64,000 nucleotides of DNA from Opitutia bacterium. Lineage in GTDB: Bacteria; Verrucomicrobiota; Verrucomicrobiia; Opitutales; Opitutaceae. Position 1 is the stretch's first letter, and each line of letters opens with the position of its first letter. The notes below the pieces were generated by a model that was not told the DNA's origin, ran no database searches, and saw nothing but the letters and a program-made list of their open reading frames with translations. Of this stretch, positions 19,649 through 28,431 are shown piece after piece. The stretch lies in contig JACRHT010000003.1 of NCBI GenBank assembly GCA_016217545.1, forward strand, positions 233,501-297,500, written 5' to 3'. A program made the position numbers and the translations under genes.

Positions 19649-21673
19649 TCACTTCGCCGCCACCGGCAGCAGCACGCGGAACACCGCACCTTTGCCGGGC
19701 TGCGATTGCACTTCGAGGCGACCGCCTTGCAGCGTCAGCAGCTCGCGCGCGATGAAAAGCCCGAGGCCGGTCGAGTCCTCCCCTTCCCCCGTCGGCTTCG
19801 CGGAGAGTTTTTGGTAGGGCGCGAAGATTTTCGCGAAGTCCGCCGGCCCAAGCCCAGGGCCGCTGTCGCGCACCTCGGCGAAGGCCCACGCGCCGGCTTC
19901 GCCAAGCGCGACGGTGATGTCGCCGCCGGGCGGGGAGAATTTCAGCGCGTTGCCGATGAGGTTGTCGAAGACCTGGCGCAGACGCTCCGGGTCGGCGAGC
20001 ACGCGCGACACGGGCGCGGCGGCGGGAGCGAGCGTGAGGCGTTGTTCCTTTTGCGCGGCGATGGGGCGCAGGCTCTCGACGGCGGTGCGCGCGAGTTCGG
20101 CGAGATCGAGCTCGGTGGTGTGCAGCTGAAGGTTGCCCTCCTCCATCGCGGAAGCGTCGAGGAAGTCGCGCACGAGCGTGCGCATGCGCGCGGTGTCGGC
20201 CTGGATGCCGGCGGCGAGGCGGCGGACGTTGGGTTCGTCGTGCGGCGCGCGCGCGATGAGACCGGCGGTGGCATTGAGCGCGGTGAGCGGAACCTTGAGA
20301 TCGTGCGACGCCATTTGCAGGAGGCGCGATTTCAGCGCCTCCGCCTCCTCGGCCTGCGCGCGGGCGCGCTCGGTGGCGGCGCGCATCTTGCGTTCGGCGC
20401 GCAGACGGACGAGTTGCACGAGAATGACCGCACCGAGCAGAGTGACGCCGCCGATCAAGCCGGCGGCGAGGGCGAGATTTTGCGAGCGGCGCTGCTCGAG
20501 TTCGGCGGTCTTCACATCCTGATCGCGGCGCAGGAGACGGATCTGGAGCTCGCGCTGCTCGTCGCGATAGCGCGCGCGCAACTCGTCCATGCGGCGCCGG
20601 TCCTCCTCGCGCTGGAGTTGCTCGGTGGCGGCGGCGAGTTTGCGCTGGCTGTCGAGGGCGAGAGCGAGTTCGCCGCGCGCCTCGTAGGTCACGGCGAGTT
20701 CGCGATGAATCTCGGCGAGCACCTCAGCGCTTTCGAGCGTGCAGGCAACTTGGAGGGCGGTGAGGAGGTGCGCGAGCGCCTCGTCGAGCCGGCCGGCGTG
20801 GCGGAGAACGGTGCCGAGTCGGCGGTGCGTGTTGGCGATGTAGCGACGATACTTGAGCGCCTCGAAGGTGGTCAGCGCGCGGCTGAGATAGCTGAGCGCT
20901 TTTTCGGTGTCGCCCTGGCCATCGGCCGCGAGGCCGAGATTGGTGAGCGATTCGGCGATGGCGCGGCGGTTGCCGTAGCCTTCGCGCACGTGGAGGGCTT
21001 CGCCGTGGATCGAGATGGCGCGCGGGTAATCTCGTTTGCCGAGGTAATAGTTGCCGAGGCTGTTGAGCAGACTGGCGCGCATGCGCTCGTCCTTCGCGTC
21101 GAGGGCGTAAGCGAGACCACGATTGAAGTGCTGCAGCGCGTCCTCGTCGCGCCCGTAGCGCTGGTAAGTCAGGCCGAGTCCGCCGTGGGTGCGCGAGAGC
21201 AGTGCGGCATCGCCGAGCGATTCGGCGAGGCGCAACTCCTCGAGGTGGCGCTCAAGCGAGCCGGGGTAATCGCTGAGGTTCCAGTAGAGGCGGCCGAGCA
21301 GGTAGAGAAAATCGATCTGCAGGCGGACGTCGCCGAGCTTGCGGGCGCGAGCGAGTCCGTCGCGCGCGCCGGCGAGGCCGTCCGAATAGTCGCCGCGGCG
21401 GCGCTGGAGGTTCACCACGGTGACGAGCGCGTGGAGCGCATCGGACTCGTTGGCCGATTGCGCGAGCGTCTGCCGCGCGGCTTCCCAAACCTCGTCGCCG
21501 TCGGGCGTCTCGGAGTCCGTGGCGGTGGAAACCGGTGGCCCCGGATCGCGAGCGACGCGCGGCGCCGATTGGGCGCCGGCGAAGAGCGGCAGCCCGAGCA
21601 GCACTAGCAACCAGCACGCGTGACGGAACACGGCCGGCAAATCGCCAGAAGCGCCGCGGGCTTTCAATGCCAA
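19649..21673 (-). CDS. Sensor histidine kinase with N-terminal TPR repeats
   Basis: Signal or TM segment, several TPR-like repeats, a TM, a coiled coil, HisKA (MASHDLKVPLTAL) and HATPase_c (GLGLFIARELLTLQGG). The track start is a TTG, so the true start is uncertain. Confidence 0.85.
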   Translation of the reverse strand: MALKARGASGDLPAVFRHACWLLVLLGLPLFAGAQSAPRVARDPGPPVSTATDSETPDGDEVWEAARQTLAQSANESDALHALVTVVNLQRRRGDYSDGLAGARDGLARARKLGDVRLQIDFLYLLGRLYWNLSDYPGSLERHLEELRLAESLGDAALLSRTHGGLGLTYQRYGRDEDALQHFNRGLAYALDAKDERMRASLLNSLGNYYLGKRDYPRAISIHGEALHVREGYGNRRAIAESLTNLGLAADGQGDTEKALSYLSRALTTFEALKYRRYIANTHRRLGTVLRHAGRLDEALAHLLTALQVACTLESAEVLAEIHRELAVTYEARGELALALDSQRKLAAATEQLQREEDRRRMDELRARYRDEQRELQIRLLRRDQDVKTAELEQRRSQNLALAAGLIGGVTLLGAVILVQLVRLRAERKMRAATERARAQAEEAEALKSRLLQMASHDLKVPLTALNATAGLIARAPHDEPNVRRLAAGIQADTARMRTLVRDFLDASAMEEGNLQLHTTELDLAELARTAVESLRPIAAQKEQRLTLAPAAAPVSRVLADPERLRQVFDNLIGNALKFSPPGGDITVALGEAGAWAFAEVRDSGPGLGPADFAKIFAPYQKLSAKPTGEGEDSTGLGLFIARELLTLQGGRLEVQSQPGKGAVFRVLLPVAAK

Positions 21674-21684
21674 TTCCCCGCCCC

Positions 21685-21760
21685 GGAAAACATGAAGGGG
21701 CCGCCTCTGCAGGCGACCCCTTCACGACCTAACACCAAGCAAACCGTAAGAACTATCGAG
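21685..21760 (-). ncRNA. Candidate small RNA A (ECF-type promoter + conserved 30-mer + terminator)
   Basis: The minus strand has TTCAAC (21787-21792), a 16-nt spacer, then CGTCT (21766-21770). This is followed by UAGUUCUUACGGUUUGCUUGGUGUUAGGUC, hairpin GAAGGGGUCGCC/GGCGGCCCCUUC (21694-21723) and AUGUUUUCC. No coding potential. Confidence 0.3.
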
Positions 21761-21842
21761 GGGAAAGACGCAGTGGCGGCGAAAACGTTGAATTTTTCTC
21801 GGAAATTTTTTCGGGACCGTGAAGAGGCGAACTTCGACCCCG

Positions 21843-21947
21843 GTAAACATGAAGGGCGCCCCTCGCGGGGCGCCCTGCATGACCTAACACCAAGCAAACC
21901 GTAAGAACTACAAACAATGTTCGTTTTGAACGACGCACTGATGCGTT
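21843..21947 (-). ncRNA. Candidate small RNA B (paralogue of A)
   Basis: The minus strand has TTCAAC (21975-21980), a 17-nt spacer, then CGTCT (21953-21957). It carries the same 30-mer as A. The hairpin is AGGGCGCCCC-GCGA-GGGGCGCCCU (21853-21876), a different stem sequence with pairing retained, followed by UCAUGUUUAC. Confidence 0.3.
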
Positions 21948-22122
21948 CAGATAGACGCAGGCTCGCTCAGAAACGTTGAAAATTTCCCGAACGAATTTTG
22001 TGAACAACTTCTTCGGAATTCAGCTGGTGTTTCGCGTTGGCCCCAAGTGAGTTGTGCGACGGTTCGGTTCCGGTTTCAGGGCGCGGTAACGCGCCCCGCC
22101 TTGTCATAATCGCACGGAAACC

Positions 22123-22863
22123 ATGAACCCTCGTCCCCACCTGTTCGGCGTCCTCGCCGGACTGTTTCTCGCCGCCGGCCTGGCCGGCTCGGCCGCCATC
22201 GTCGCCTCGACGCTCACGCGCCTGAACGACAGCAATTCCATCAACGTTACCGGCGCTGCACGCCGCAACGTCCGCTCCGATCTCGTGATTTGGAACGCCA
22301 GCTTCAGCGCCGATGCGCCGACGCTGCTCGAGGCGCAGCAGCGCCTGCAAGCCGACCTCGCGAAGGTCACCGAGTTTCTTCGCCAGCACAACGTCACCGA
22401 AATCGCGGCCGAACCGGTCGTCATCCGTGAGCTCACCACGAAGCGAAAGCTCGAAGGCGACGACGGAAACTACGCCGTCGTGCGAGTGGGCTACCGGCTC
22501 ACGCAGGCGTTCGAAGTGCGCTCGAGCGACGTGGAAGGCGTGCCGAAGCTGGCTGCGAATTGCGGGCCGTTGATCGAGCAAGGCGTCGCGCTCGCGTCGG
22601 GCGGCTTCGCGTTCATCTACACGAAAGCCGGCGAAGCGAAGGTCGAAATGATGGCCGAGGCCACGAAGGACGCTCGCGCTCGGGCGGAGCTGATCGCCGC
22701 GCAAGGCGGTCGCCGCGTCGACGGGCTGCGCAGCGCGAAGGTGGGCGTCGTGCAAATCAACCCGCTGCACTCGAGCGCGACGAGCTGGGAGGGCAACAAC
22801 GACACGACCGCCCTCGACAAGACGATCATCGCCACGATCAGCGCATCGTTCGCAATGAAGTGA
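22123..22863 (+). CDS. SIMPL domain-containing protein (DUF541, periplasmic/immunogenic protein family)
   Basis: 246 aa with an N-terminal TM. Layout INVTGAARRNVRSDLVIWNASF...YRLTQAFEVRS...AEATKDARARAELIA is typical of SIMPL/DUF541. Confidence 0.7.
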   Translation: MNPRPHLFGVLAGLFLAAGLAGSAAIVASTLTRLNDSNSINVTGAARRNVRSDLVIWNASFSADAPTLLEAQQRLQADLAKVTEFLRQHNVTEIAAEPVVIRELTTKRKLEGDDGNYAVVRVGYRLTQAFEVRSSDVEGVPKLAANCGPLIEQGVALASGGFAFIYTKAGEAKVEMMAEATKDARARAELIAAQGGRRVDGLRSAKVGVVQINPLHSSATSWEGNNDTTALDKTIIATISASFAMK

Positions 22864-22887
22864 CGGCCGCGCGACGCGGAGCTGTCC

Positions 22888-22972
22888 GGTAGGGGCGCTT
22901 GCCCTCAAGCGCCCTTAAAGCGAGGCGCACGCGTGAGATTGCCGAGGGCCGTTGAGGGCAACGGCCCCTACC
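22888..22972. repeat. Palindromic element family A, intergenic copy
   Basis: GGTAGGGGCGCTTGCCCTCAAGCGCCC ... GGGCCGTTGAGGGCAACGGCCCCTACC. Termini GGTAGGGGC/GCCCCTACC are inverted. Each arm is a 9-bp stem with a 4-nt loop. The right arm is identical to 46579-46605 inside hrpA. Confidence 0.8.
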
Positions 22973-22995
22973 CTCTCCGCAGCGTCGTTGCGAGC

Positions 22996-23087
22996 AGGTG
23001 GGCGCTGACGTCCTCGGCGGCGCCGCGCGAACGTGGCCCATGCCGCGATCGCAGATCTCGCCGCCGCCGGGACGGCGGCGACCACCT
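22996..23087. repeat. Inverted-repeat element family B, copy 1
   Basis: Left arm AGGTGGGCGCTGACGTCCTCGGCGGCG (22996-23022), right arm CGCCGCCGCCGGGACGGCGGCGACCACCT (23059-23087). The right arm is near-identical to 39664-39688. It abuts the kamA stop codon. Confidence 0.65.
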
Positions 23088-24277
23088 CAGAGATGCACTT
23101 CCGCCGGCACGATCTTGCCGGCGTTTTCTTTTTCGCGCACCGGCGTGCTCTTGAGCGGGTAGCGGAATTGCCGGCCCTCGAAGTTGTGGAAGACCACTTC
23201 GTCGTCGGTGATTTGCTCCAGATACTCCGGGTTGATCGGCACCTTGCCACCGCCGCCGGGCGCATCGATGACGTATTGCGGCACCGCGTAGCCGGTGGTG
23301 TGGCCGCGCAACGCCTGGATGATCTCGATGCCCTTGCGGACGTCGGCCTTGAAGTGCGCGCCGCCCGTGATGAGGTCCATCTGGTAAATGTAGTAAGGCC
23401 GCACGCGCATCCGCAGCAGGCGATGCACGAGCGCCTTCATGACGTCGGCATCGTCGTTCACGCCGCGGAGGAGCACGCTCTGGTTGCCGAGCGGGACGCC
23501 GGCGAAGGACAGACGCTCGAGCGCGTCCTTCAACTCCTGCGTGGCTTCGCGCGGGTGGTTGGCGTGGATGCTCATCCAGATCGGGCCGTGCTTCTTGAAC
23601 ACCTCGCACAGCTCGGGCGTGATGCGTTGCGGCAGAAAAATCGGGATGCGCGAGCCGATGCGGATGAACTCCACGTGCTTGATCGCGCGGAGGCGGCCGA
23701 GGAGATGATCGAGCTTCTTGTCCGAGAGCAGCAGCGGATCGCCGCCGGAAAGGAGGACGTCGCGAATCTCCGGATGCGCCTCGATGTAGCGGAGGCCCTG
23801 CTCGTATTCTGGGTGGAAGTTGTAGTCCTGCGCGTTCGAAACGAGGCGGCTGCGCGTGCAATACCGGCAGTAGCTCGCGCAGCGATCCGTCACGAGAAAC
23901 AACACGCGATCCGGATAACGGTGCACAAGTCCGGGCACCGGCGAGTGCTCATCCTCGCCGAGCGAATCGAGCATCTCTTCCTGTGACGTGATCGATTCGT
24001 CGATGCGCGGGATGACCTGCTTGCGGATCGGGCAGTTCGGGTCGTTGCGATCAATCAGGTTGAAAAAATACGGCGTGATCGCGAGGGCGAGCTTGTGGCT
24101 GGCGAAGAGGCAACCGGCTTTCTCCTCGGGCGTGAGCGTCATGAGGCGCTCGAGTTGCTCGACCGTCGTGATGCGGTTCTTCAGCTGCCACGTCCAATCG
24201 CGCCAGTCGCTTTCCGGGATGTGCTGCCAGAGACCCTGGCCTTCAAACCAGGCGGCGCGATCTTCGATGTAAGGCAT
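23087..24277 (-). CDS. kamA: Lysine 2,3-aminomutase (KamA-type radical SAM enzyme)
   Basis: 396 aa. Collinear with Clostridium KamA as I recall it: DWRDWTWQLKNRI, LAITPYFFNLID, PVPGLVHRYPDRVLFLVTDRCASYCRYCTRS (CxxxCxxC), LLSGGDPLL, GNQSVLLRGVND, YYIYQMD, DAPGGGGK. The last motif is KamA-like rather than EpmB-like. Confidence 0.88.
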   Translation of the reverse strand: MPYIEDRAAWFEGQGLWQHIPESDWRDWTWQLKNRITTVEQLERLMTLTPEEKAGCLFASHKLALAITPYFFNLIDRNDPNCPIRKQVIPRIDESITSQEEMLDSLGEDEHSPVPGLVHRYPDRVLFLVTDRCASYCRYCTRSRLVSNAQDYNFHPEYEQGLRYIEAHPEIRDVLLSGGDPLLLSDKKLDHLLGRLRAIKHVEFIRIGSRIPIFLPQRITPELCEVFKKHGPIWMSIHANHPREATQELKDALERLSFAGVPLGNQSVLLRGVNDDADVMKALVHRLLRMRVRPYYIYQMDLITGGAHFKADVRKGIEIIQALRGHTTGYAVPQYVIDAPGGGGKVPINPEYLEQITDDEVVFHNFEGRQFRYPLKSTPVREKENAGKIVPAEVHL

Positions 24278-24403
24278 GATGCTGTAAAACGGCTATGCGG
24301 TTGACCGGGGGTGTCAAACGGCGGTTTGCCAACATGACCCGCACAGTTCCACCCGAATTCCTCCAGTGCGCCACCGGATGCGGCCCGGATAAACCGCAGG
24401 CAA

Positions 24404-24420
24404 TTAGCGATTTCTTAGCG
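24404..24420 (+). promoter_or_regulatory. Candidate KdpE (OmpR-family) binding site: direct repeat TTAGCG-N5-TTAGCG
   Basis: Hexamers at 24404-24409 and 24415-24420, 11 bp centre to centre, in an AT-richer patch about 56 nt upstream of the kdpA ATG. Motif identity is inferred from spacing only. Confidence 0.25.
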
Positions 24421-24475
24421 TCCCGGCGTCGGGACTTAATTAGGCGGCCGGGGAGTGCGCCGGTATCGTCCGGAC

Positions 24476-26161
24476 ATGACCGCCGCCGATGTCACCTACC
24501 TTGCGCTCTTCGTCGCCCTCCTGACCATCGCAACGCCGCTGCTGGGTGCCTGGCTAGCAGCGGTCCTCCGCGGCGAACCGCCCGCCGGCCTCCGTTGGCT
24601 CGCGGCGGTCGAACGCGCGATCTACCGGCTGGGTGGAGTCGACGCGGCAACCGAGATGACATGGGGGCGCTACGCCGGAGCGCTGATCGCATTCAACCTC
24701 CTCGGCGGCGCCGTCGTGCTCGCCCTCCAGCTCGTGCAAGCGCACCTGCCGCTCAACCCGCAGGGCTTCGACCCCGTGCCGCTCGGTGTCGCGGTGAACA
24801 CCGCCGTCTCCTTCCTGACCAACACCAACTGGCAGGCCTACTCGGGCGAGGCGTCGCTCAGTTACCTCACGCAAATGGCCGGCCTCGGCGTGCAAAACTT
24901 CCTCAGCGCCGCCACCGGGCTCGCCGTCATGGCAGCGCTCGCCCGCGGCTTCAGCCGCAAATCCGCCGCCGGACTCGGCAACTTCTGGGCCGACCTCGTG
25001 CGCTCCACGCTCTACGTGCTGCTCCCGCTCTCGCTCGTTTTCGCCGTCGTGCTGGTGTCGCAGGGCGTCGTGCAATCCTTCGCGCCCTACCCGACCGCCA
25101 CCACGCTCGCCGGCGCCGAGCAAGTCATCCCGCTCGGTCCGGCCGCCTCGCAGATCGCGATCAAGCAGCTCGGCACGAACGGCGGCGGTTTCTTCGGCGT
25201 GAACTCCGCGCACCCGTTCGAGAATCCGACGCCGCTTTCCAACTTCCTCCAAACGCTCGCGATCCTGCTCCTGCCCGCTGCCTGCGTCTATGCCTACGGC
25301 CTGCTCGTCGGCGTGCGCCGCCACGCGTGGGTGCTCTACGGCGTGATGCTGGCCTTTTTTCTCGGCGCACTCGGCCTCTCGCTCTGGGCCGAATACGCGA
25401 CGCCCGGCTCCGCGGCACTCGCGCTGGAGGGCAAGGAAGTGCGCTTCGGCGTCACGCCGTCGATCCTCTGGGCCAACGCCACCACCGTCGCGTCCAATGG
25501 CTCCGTCAACGCCATGCACTCGTCGCTCTCGCCGCTCGCCGGCGGCCTCGCGCTGTTCAACATGCTGCTCGGCGAAATCGTCTTCGGCGGCATCGGCTCC
25601 GGCCTCTACGGCATGGTCGTCGTCGCGATCCTCGCGGTCTTCCTCGCCGGCCTGATGGTCGGCCGCACGCCCGAATACCTCGGCAAGAAAATCGAAGCCT
25701 TCGAAGTCCGCATGGCCGTGCTCGCGATTTTGTTGCCCTGCGCCGCCGTGCTGCTCGGCTGCGCCGCCTCGTTCGCCACCGCCGCGGGCCGCGCCGCCGT
25801 CGGCAACGCCGGCCCGCACGCGTTGACCGAGATCCTCTACGCGTGGGGTTCGATGGCCAACAACAACGGCTCCGCCTTCGGCAGCCTCACCGCCACCGGC
25901 GACCTCTACACGTGGGGCGGCGCGCTCGCCATGCTCCTCGGCCGCTTCGGCGTCATCGTGCCCGTGCTCGCGCTCGCCGGCCGCTTCGCCGCCAAGAAAA
26001 CCGTGCCGCCCTCGAGCGGCACCTTCCCGACCGACGGCCCGCTCTTCGCCGTGCTGCTCGCCGGCACAATCGTGATCGAAGTCGCGCTGATCTACTTCCC
26101 CGCGCTCACGCTCGGCCCCGTCCTCGAACACCTCCTCCTCGCCGCCGGCCGCACGTTCTGA
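24476..26161 (+). CDS. kdpA: Potassium-transporting ATPase subunit KdpA
   Basis: Start at ATG 24476 (MTAADVTYLALFVALL...). KdpA signatures include NTNWQAYSGE, IKQLGTNGGGFFG and ANNNGSAF. Confidence 0.93.
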   Translation: MTAADVTYLALFVALLTIATPLLGAWLAAVLRGEPPAGLRWLAAVERAIYRLGGVDAATEMTWGRYAGALIAFNLLGGAVVLALQLVQAHLPLNPQGFDPVPLGVAVNTAVSFLTNTNWQAYSGEASLSYLTQMAGLGVQNFLSAATGLAVMAALARGFSRKSAAGLGNFWADLVRSTLYVLLPLSLVFAVVLVSQGVVQSFAPYPTATTLAGAEQVIPLGPAASQIAIKQLGTNGGGFFGVNSAHPFENPTPLSNFLQTLAILLLPAACVYAYGLLVGVRRHAWVLYGVMLAFFLGALGLSLWAEYATPGSAALALEGKEVRFGVTPSILWANATTVASNGSVNAMHSSLSPLAGGLALFNMLLGEIVFGGIGSGLYGMVVVAILAVFLAGLMVGRTPEYLGKKIEAFEVRMAVLAILLPCAAVLLGCAASFATAAGRAAVGNAGPHALTEILYAWGSMANNNGSAFGSLTATGDLYTWGGALAMLLGRFGVIVPVLALAGRFAAKKTVPPSSGTFPTDGPLFAVLLAGTIVIEVALIYFPALTLGPVLEHLLLAAGRTF

Positions 26162-26181
26162 ACCAGCGGCCCCGGCAACGA

Positions 26182-26198
26182 GTAACCTAATAGGTTAC
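26182..26198. repeat. AT-rich perfect palindrome GTAACCTAATAGGTTAC in the kdpA-kdpB spacer
   Basis: 17-nt perfect palindrome. The same core recurs at 28440-28456. Confidence 0.85.
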
Positions 26199-26253
26199 CG
26201 CTCCGCCCTCCGCTCTCACTCATTTCCCCGTTCTCACACCTCGCTCGCTCCCC

Positions 26254-28329
26254 ATGAAAACCATCCGCGCCTCCGCTTGGGACGCCGCCCTGCTCCGCCG
26301 CGCCGCGCTCGACGCCGTGCGCAAACTCGACCCGCGCGAACTCTGGCGCAATCCCGTCATCTTCGTCACCGCGCTCGGTGCCGTCGCCGTCACTTTTGTC
26401 GCCGCGCACGACCTTTTCGCCGGCACGCTCACGGGCTTCACGGTGCAGATCACGCTCTGGCTGTGGTTCACGGTGCTGTTTGCGACTTTCGCCGAAGCCA
26501 TCGCCGAGGGCCGCGGCAAAGCCCAGGCTGATTCCCTCAAGCGCGCCCGCGCCCAAGTCTTCGCACGCCGCCTCCGCGCCGATCACACCGAGGAGCGCGT
26601 CGCGGCCCCGGATTTGCGCAAAGGCGATATCGTCGTCTGCGAAGCGCGCGACGTCATCCCCGCCGACGGCGAAATCATCGAAGGCATCGCCAGCGTCGAC
26701 GAGTCCGCCATCACCGGCGAATCCGCCCCCGTGGTCCGTGAGAGCGGCGGCGACCGTAGCGCCGTGACCGGCGGCACGCGCGTGTTGAGCGACCGCATCG
26801 TCGTGCGCGTCACCGTCGAGCCGGGCGCGGGTTTCCTCGATCGCATGATCGGCCTCGTCGAAGGAGCCTCGCGCCAGCGCACGCCGAACGAGATCGCGCT
26901 CGGCATCCTGCTCGTCGCGCTCACGGCCGTCTTCCTCGGCGTCGTGGCGACACTGCCGTTTTTCGCGCGTTTCAGCGAGTCGCTCGCCGGCCAACCCGGC
27001 GCGGTCGACACTTCGTTGCCCGTGCTCGTGTCGCTCTTTGTCTGCCTCATCCCGACGACCATCGGCGGCTTGCTCAGCGCCATCGGCATCAGTGGCATCG
27101 ACCGCCTCATCCGTCGCAACGTCATCGCCACGTCCGGCCGTGCCGTCGAGGCCGCGGGCGACATCGACGTGCTCCTCCTCGACAAGACCGGCACGATCAC
27201 GCTCGGCAACCGCCAGGCCGTCGAGTTTCTCCCCGCGCCCGGCGTGGCCGCCGAACGCCTCGCCTCCGCCGCGCAACTCGCCTCGCTCGCCGACGAAACG
27301 CCCGAGGGCCGCAGCATCGCCGTGCTCGCGAAGGAAAAATTCAACCTGCGCGAGCGCGACGTCGCCGCGCCGCACGCGACGTTCGTTTCCTTCGCGGCGC
27401 AGACGCGCATGAGCGGCGTCGATCTCGCTGGCCGCTCCATCCGCAAGGGCGCCGCCGACAGCGTGCGCGCGTGGGCCGCCGCGCAAGGCGGCGCGTGGCC
27501 CGCCGAAGTCGCGGCCACCGTCGAGCGCATCGCCAAGGCCGGCGGCACGCCGCTGGTCGTCGCCGAGGACGCCGCCGTGCTCGGCGTCATTTACCTCAAG
27601 GACGTCGTGAAGGGCGGCATCAAGGAGCGCTTCGCCGAACTCCGCCGCATGGGCATCCGCACCGTGATGATCACGGGCGACAACCCCCTGACCGCCGCCG
27701 CCATCGCCGCCGAGGCGGGCGTGGACGACTTCCTCGCCCAGGCCACACCTGAGATGAAACTCGCGCGCATTCGCGCCGAGCAATCCGCCGGCCGCCTCGT
27801 CGCCATGACGGGCGACGGCACCAACGACGCACCTGCGCTCGCGCAGGCCGACGTCGGCGTTGCCATGAACACCGGCACACAGGCCGCGCGCGAGGCCGGC
27901 AACATGGTCGACCTCGATTCGAACCCCACGAAGCTCATCGAAATCGTCGAGATCGGCAAACAGCTGCTTATGACGCGCGGCGCGCTCACGACGTTCTCGG
28001 TCGCGAACGACGTGGCGAAATACTTCGCGATCATCCCCGCGATGTTCGCCGGCCTCTACGCCGTCACCGGCGGCAACGGCCCGCTCGCCACGCTCAACCT
28101 CATGGCGCTGCACTCGCCCCAGAGCGCGATCCTCAGCGCCGTCATTTTCAACGCGCTCATCATCGTTGCGCTCGTGCCGCTGGCACTGCGCGGCGTCACC
28201 TACCGGGCGTTGCCCGCCGCCGACCTGTTGCGCCGCAACCTCGTCGTCTACGGCCTCGGCGGCCTCGTGGCTCCGTTCGTGGGCATCAAGCTCATCGACC
28301 TCCTGCTCGTCGCCACGCACCTCGCATGA
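26254..28329 (+). CDS. kdpB: Potassium-transporting ATPase subunit KdpB (P-type ATPase)
   Basis: 691 aa. P-type motifs [17 protein letters not shown] and [18 protein letters not shown]. Confidence 0.95.
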   Translation: MKTIRASAWDAALLRRAALDAVRKLDPRELWRNPVIFVTALGAVAVTFVAAHDLFAGTLTGFTVQITLWLWFTVLFATFAEAIAEGRGKAQADSLKRARAQVFARRLRADHTEERVAAPDLRKGDIVVCEARDVIPADGEIIEGIASVDESAITGESAPVVRESGGDRSAVTGGTRVLSDRIVVRVTVEPGAGFLDRMIGLVEGASRQRTPNEIALGILLVALTAVFLGVVATLPFFARFSESLAGQPGAVDTSLPVLVSLFVCLIPTTIGGLLSAIGISGIDRLIRRNVIATSGRAVEAAGDIDVLLLDKTGTITLGNRQAVEFLPAPGVAAERLASAAQLASLADETPEGRSIAVLAKEKFNLRERDVAAPHATFVSFAAQTRMSGVDLAGRSIRKGAADSVRAWAAAQGGAWPAEVAATVERIAKAGGTPLVVAEDAAVLGVIYLKDVVKGGIKERFAELRRMGIRTVMITGDNPLTAAAIAAEAGVDDFLAQATPEMKLARIRAEQSAGRLVAMTGDGTNDAPALAQADVGVAMNTGTQAAREAGNMVDLDSNPTKLIEIVEIGKQLLMTRGALTTFSVANDVAKYFAIIPAMFAGLYAVTGGNGPLATLNLMALHSPQSAILSAVIFNALIIVALVPLALRGVTYRALPAADLLRRNLVVYGLGGLVAPFVGIKLIDLLLVATHLA

Positions 28330-28431
28330 ACCCACGCGCACGCTCAAACAGCCCAGTGCGGATGCTGACCTGCGCCTTCAGCCCGTGTCGGCGCCCCCCC
28401 GCCCACAGCCATCCATTTCCCGCCCATAACC

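Larger units (their letters stand above)
21676..21985. repeat. Tandem duplication of a non-coding module (two units)
   Basis: Unit A 21681-21792 and unit B 21838-21980. They share CCCCGG(A/T)AAACATGAAGGG-[GC hairpin]-GACCTAACACCAAGCAAACCGTAAGAACTA and a distal block AGACGCAG...AAACGTTGAA. Unit B has an extra ~30-nt insert. Confidence 0.85.

Noticed and set aside
24278-24475. Searched the kdpA leader for a kdpF mini-ORF and for a c-di-AMP (ydaO-type) or lysine riboswitch on either strand
   Set aside because: There is no hydrophobic mini-ORF in front of kdpA and no recognisable conserved riboswitch core. I cannot exclude a divergent element without a covariance-model search.
24295-26190. 631-aa plus-strand ORF in another frame of kdpA, and the 525-aa antisense ORF at 24554-26131
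   Set aside because: Arg/Pro-rich composition. The kdpA frame has canonical KdpA motifs.
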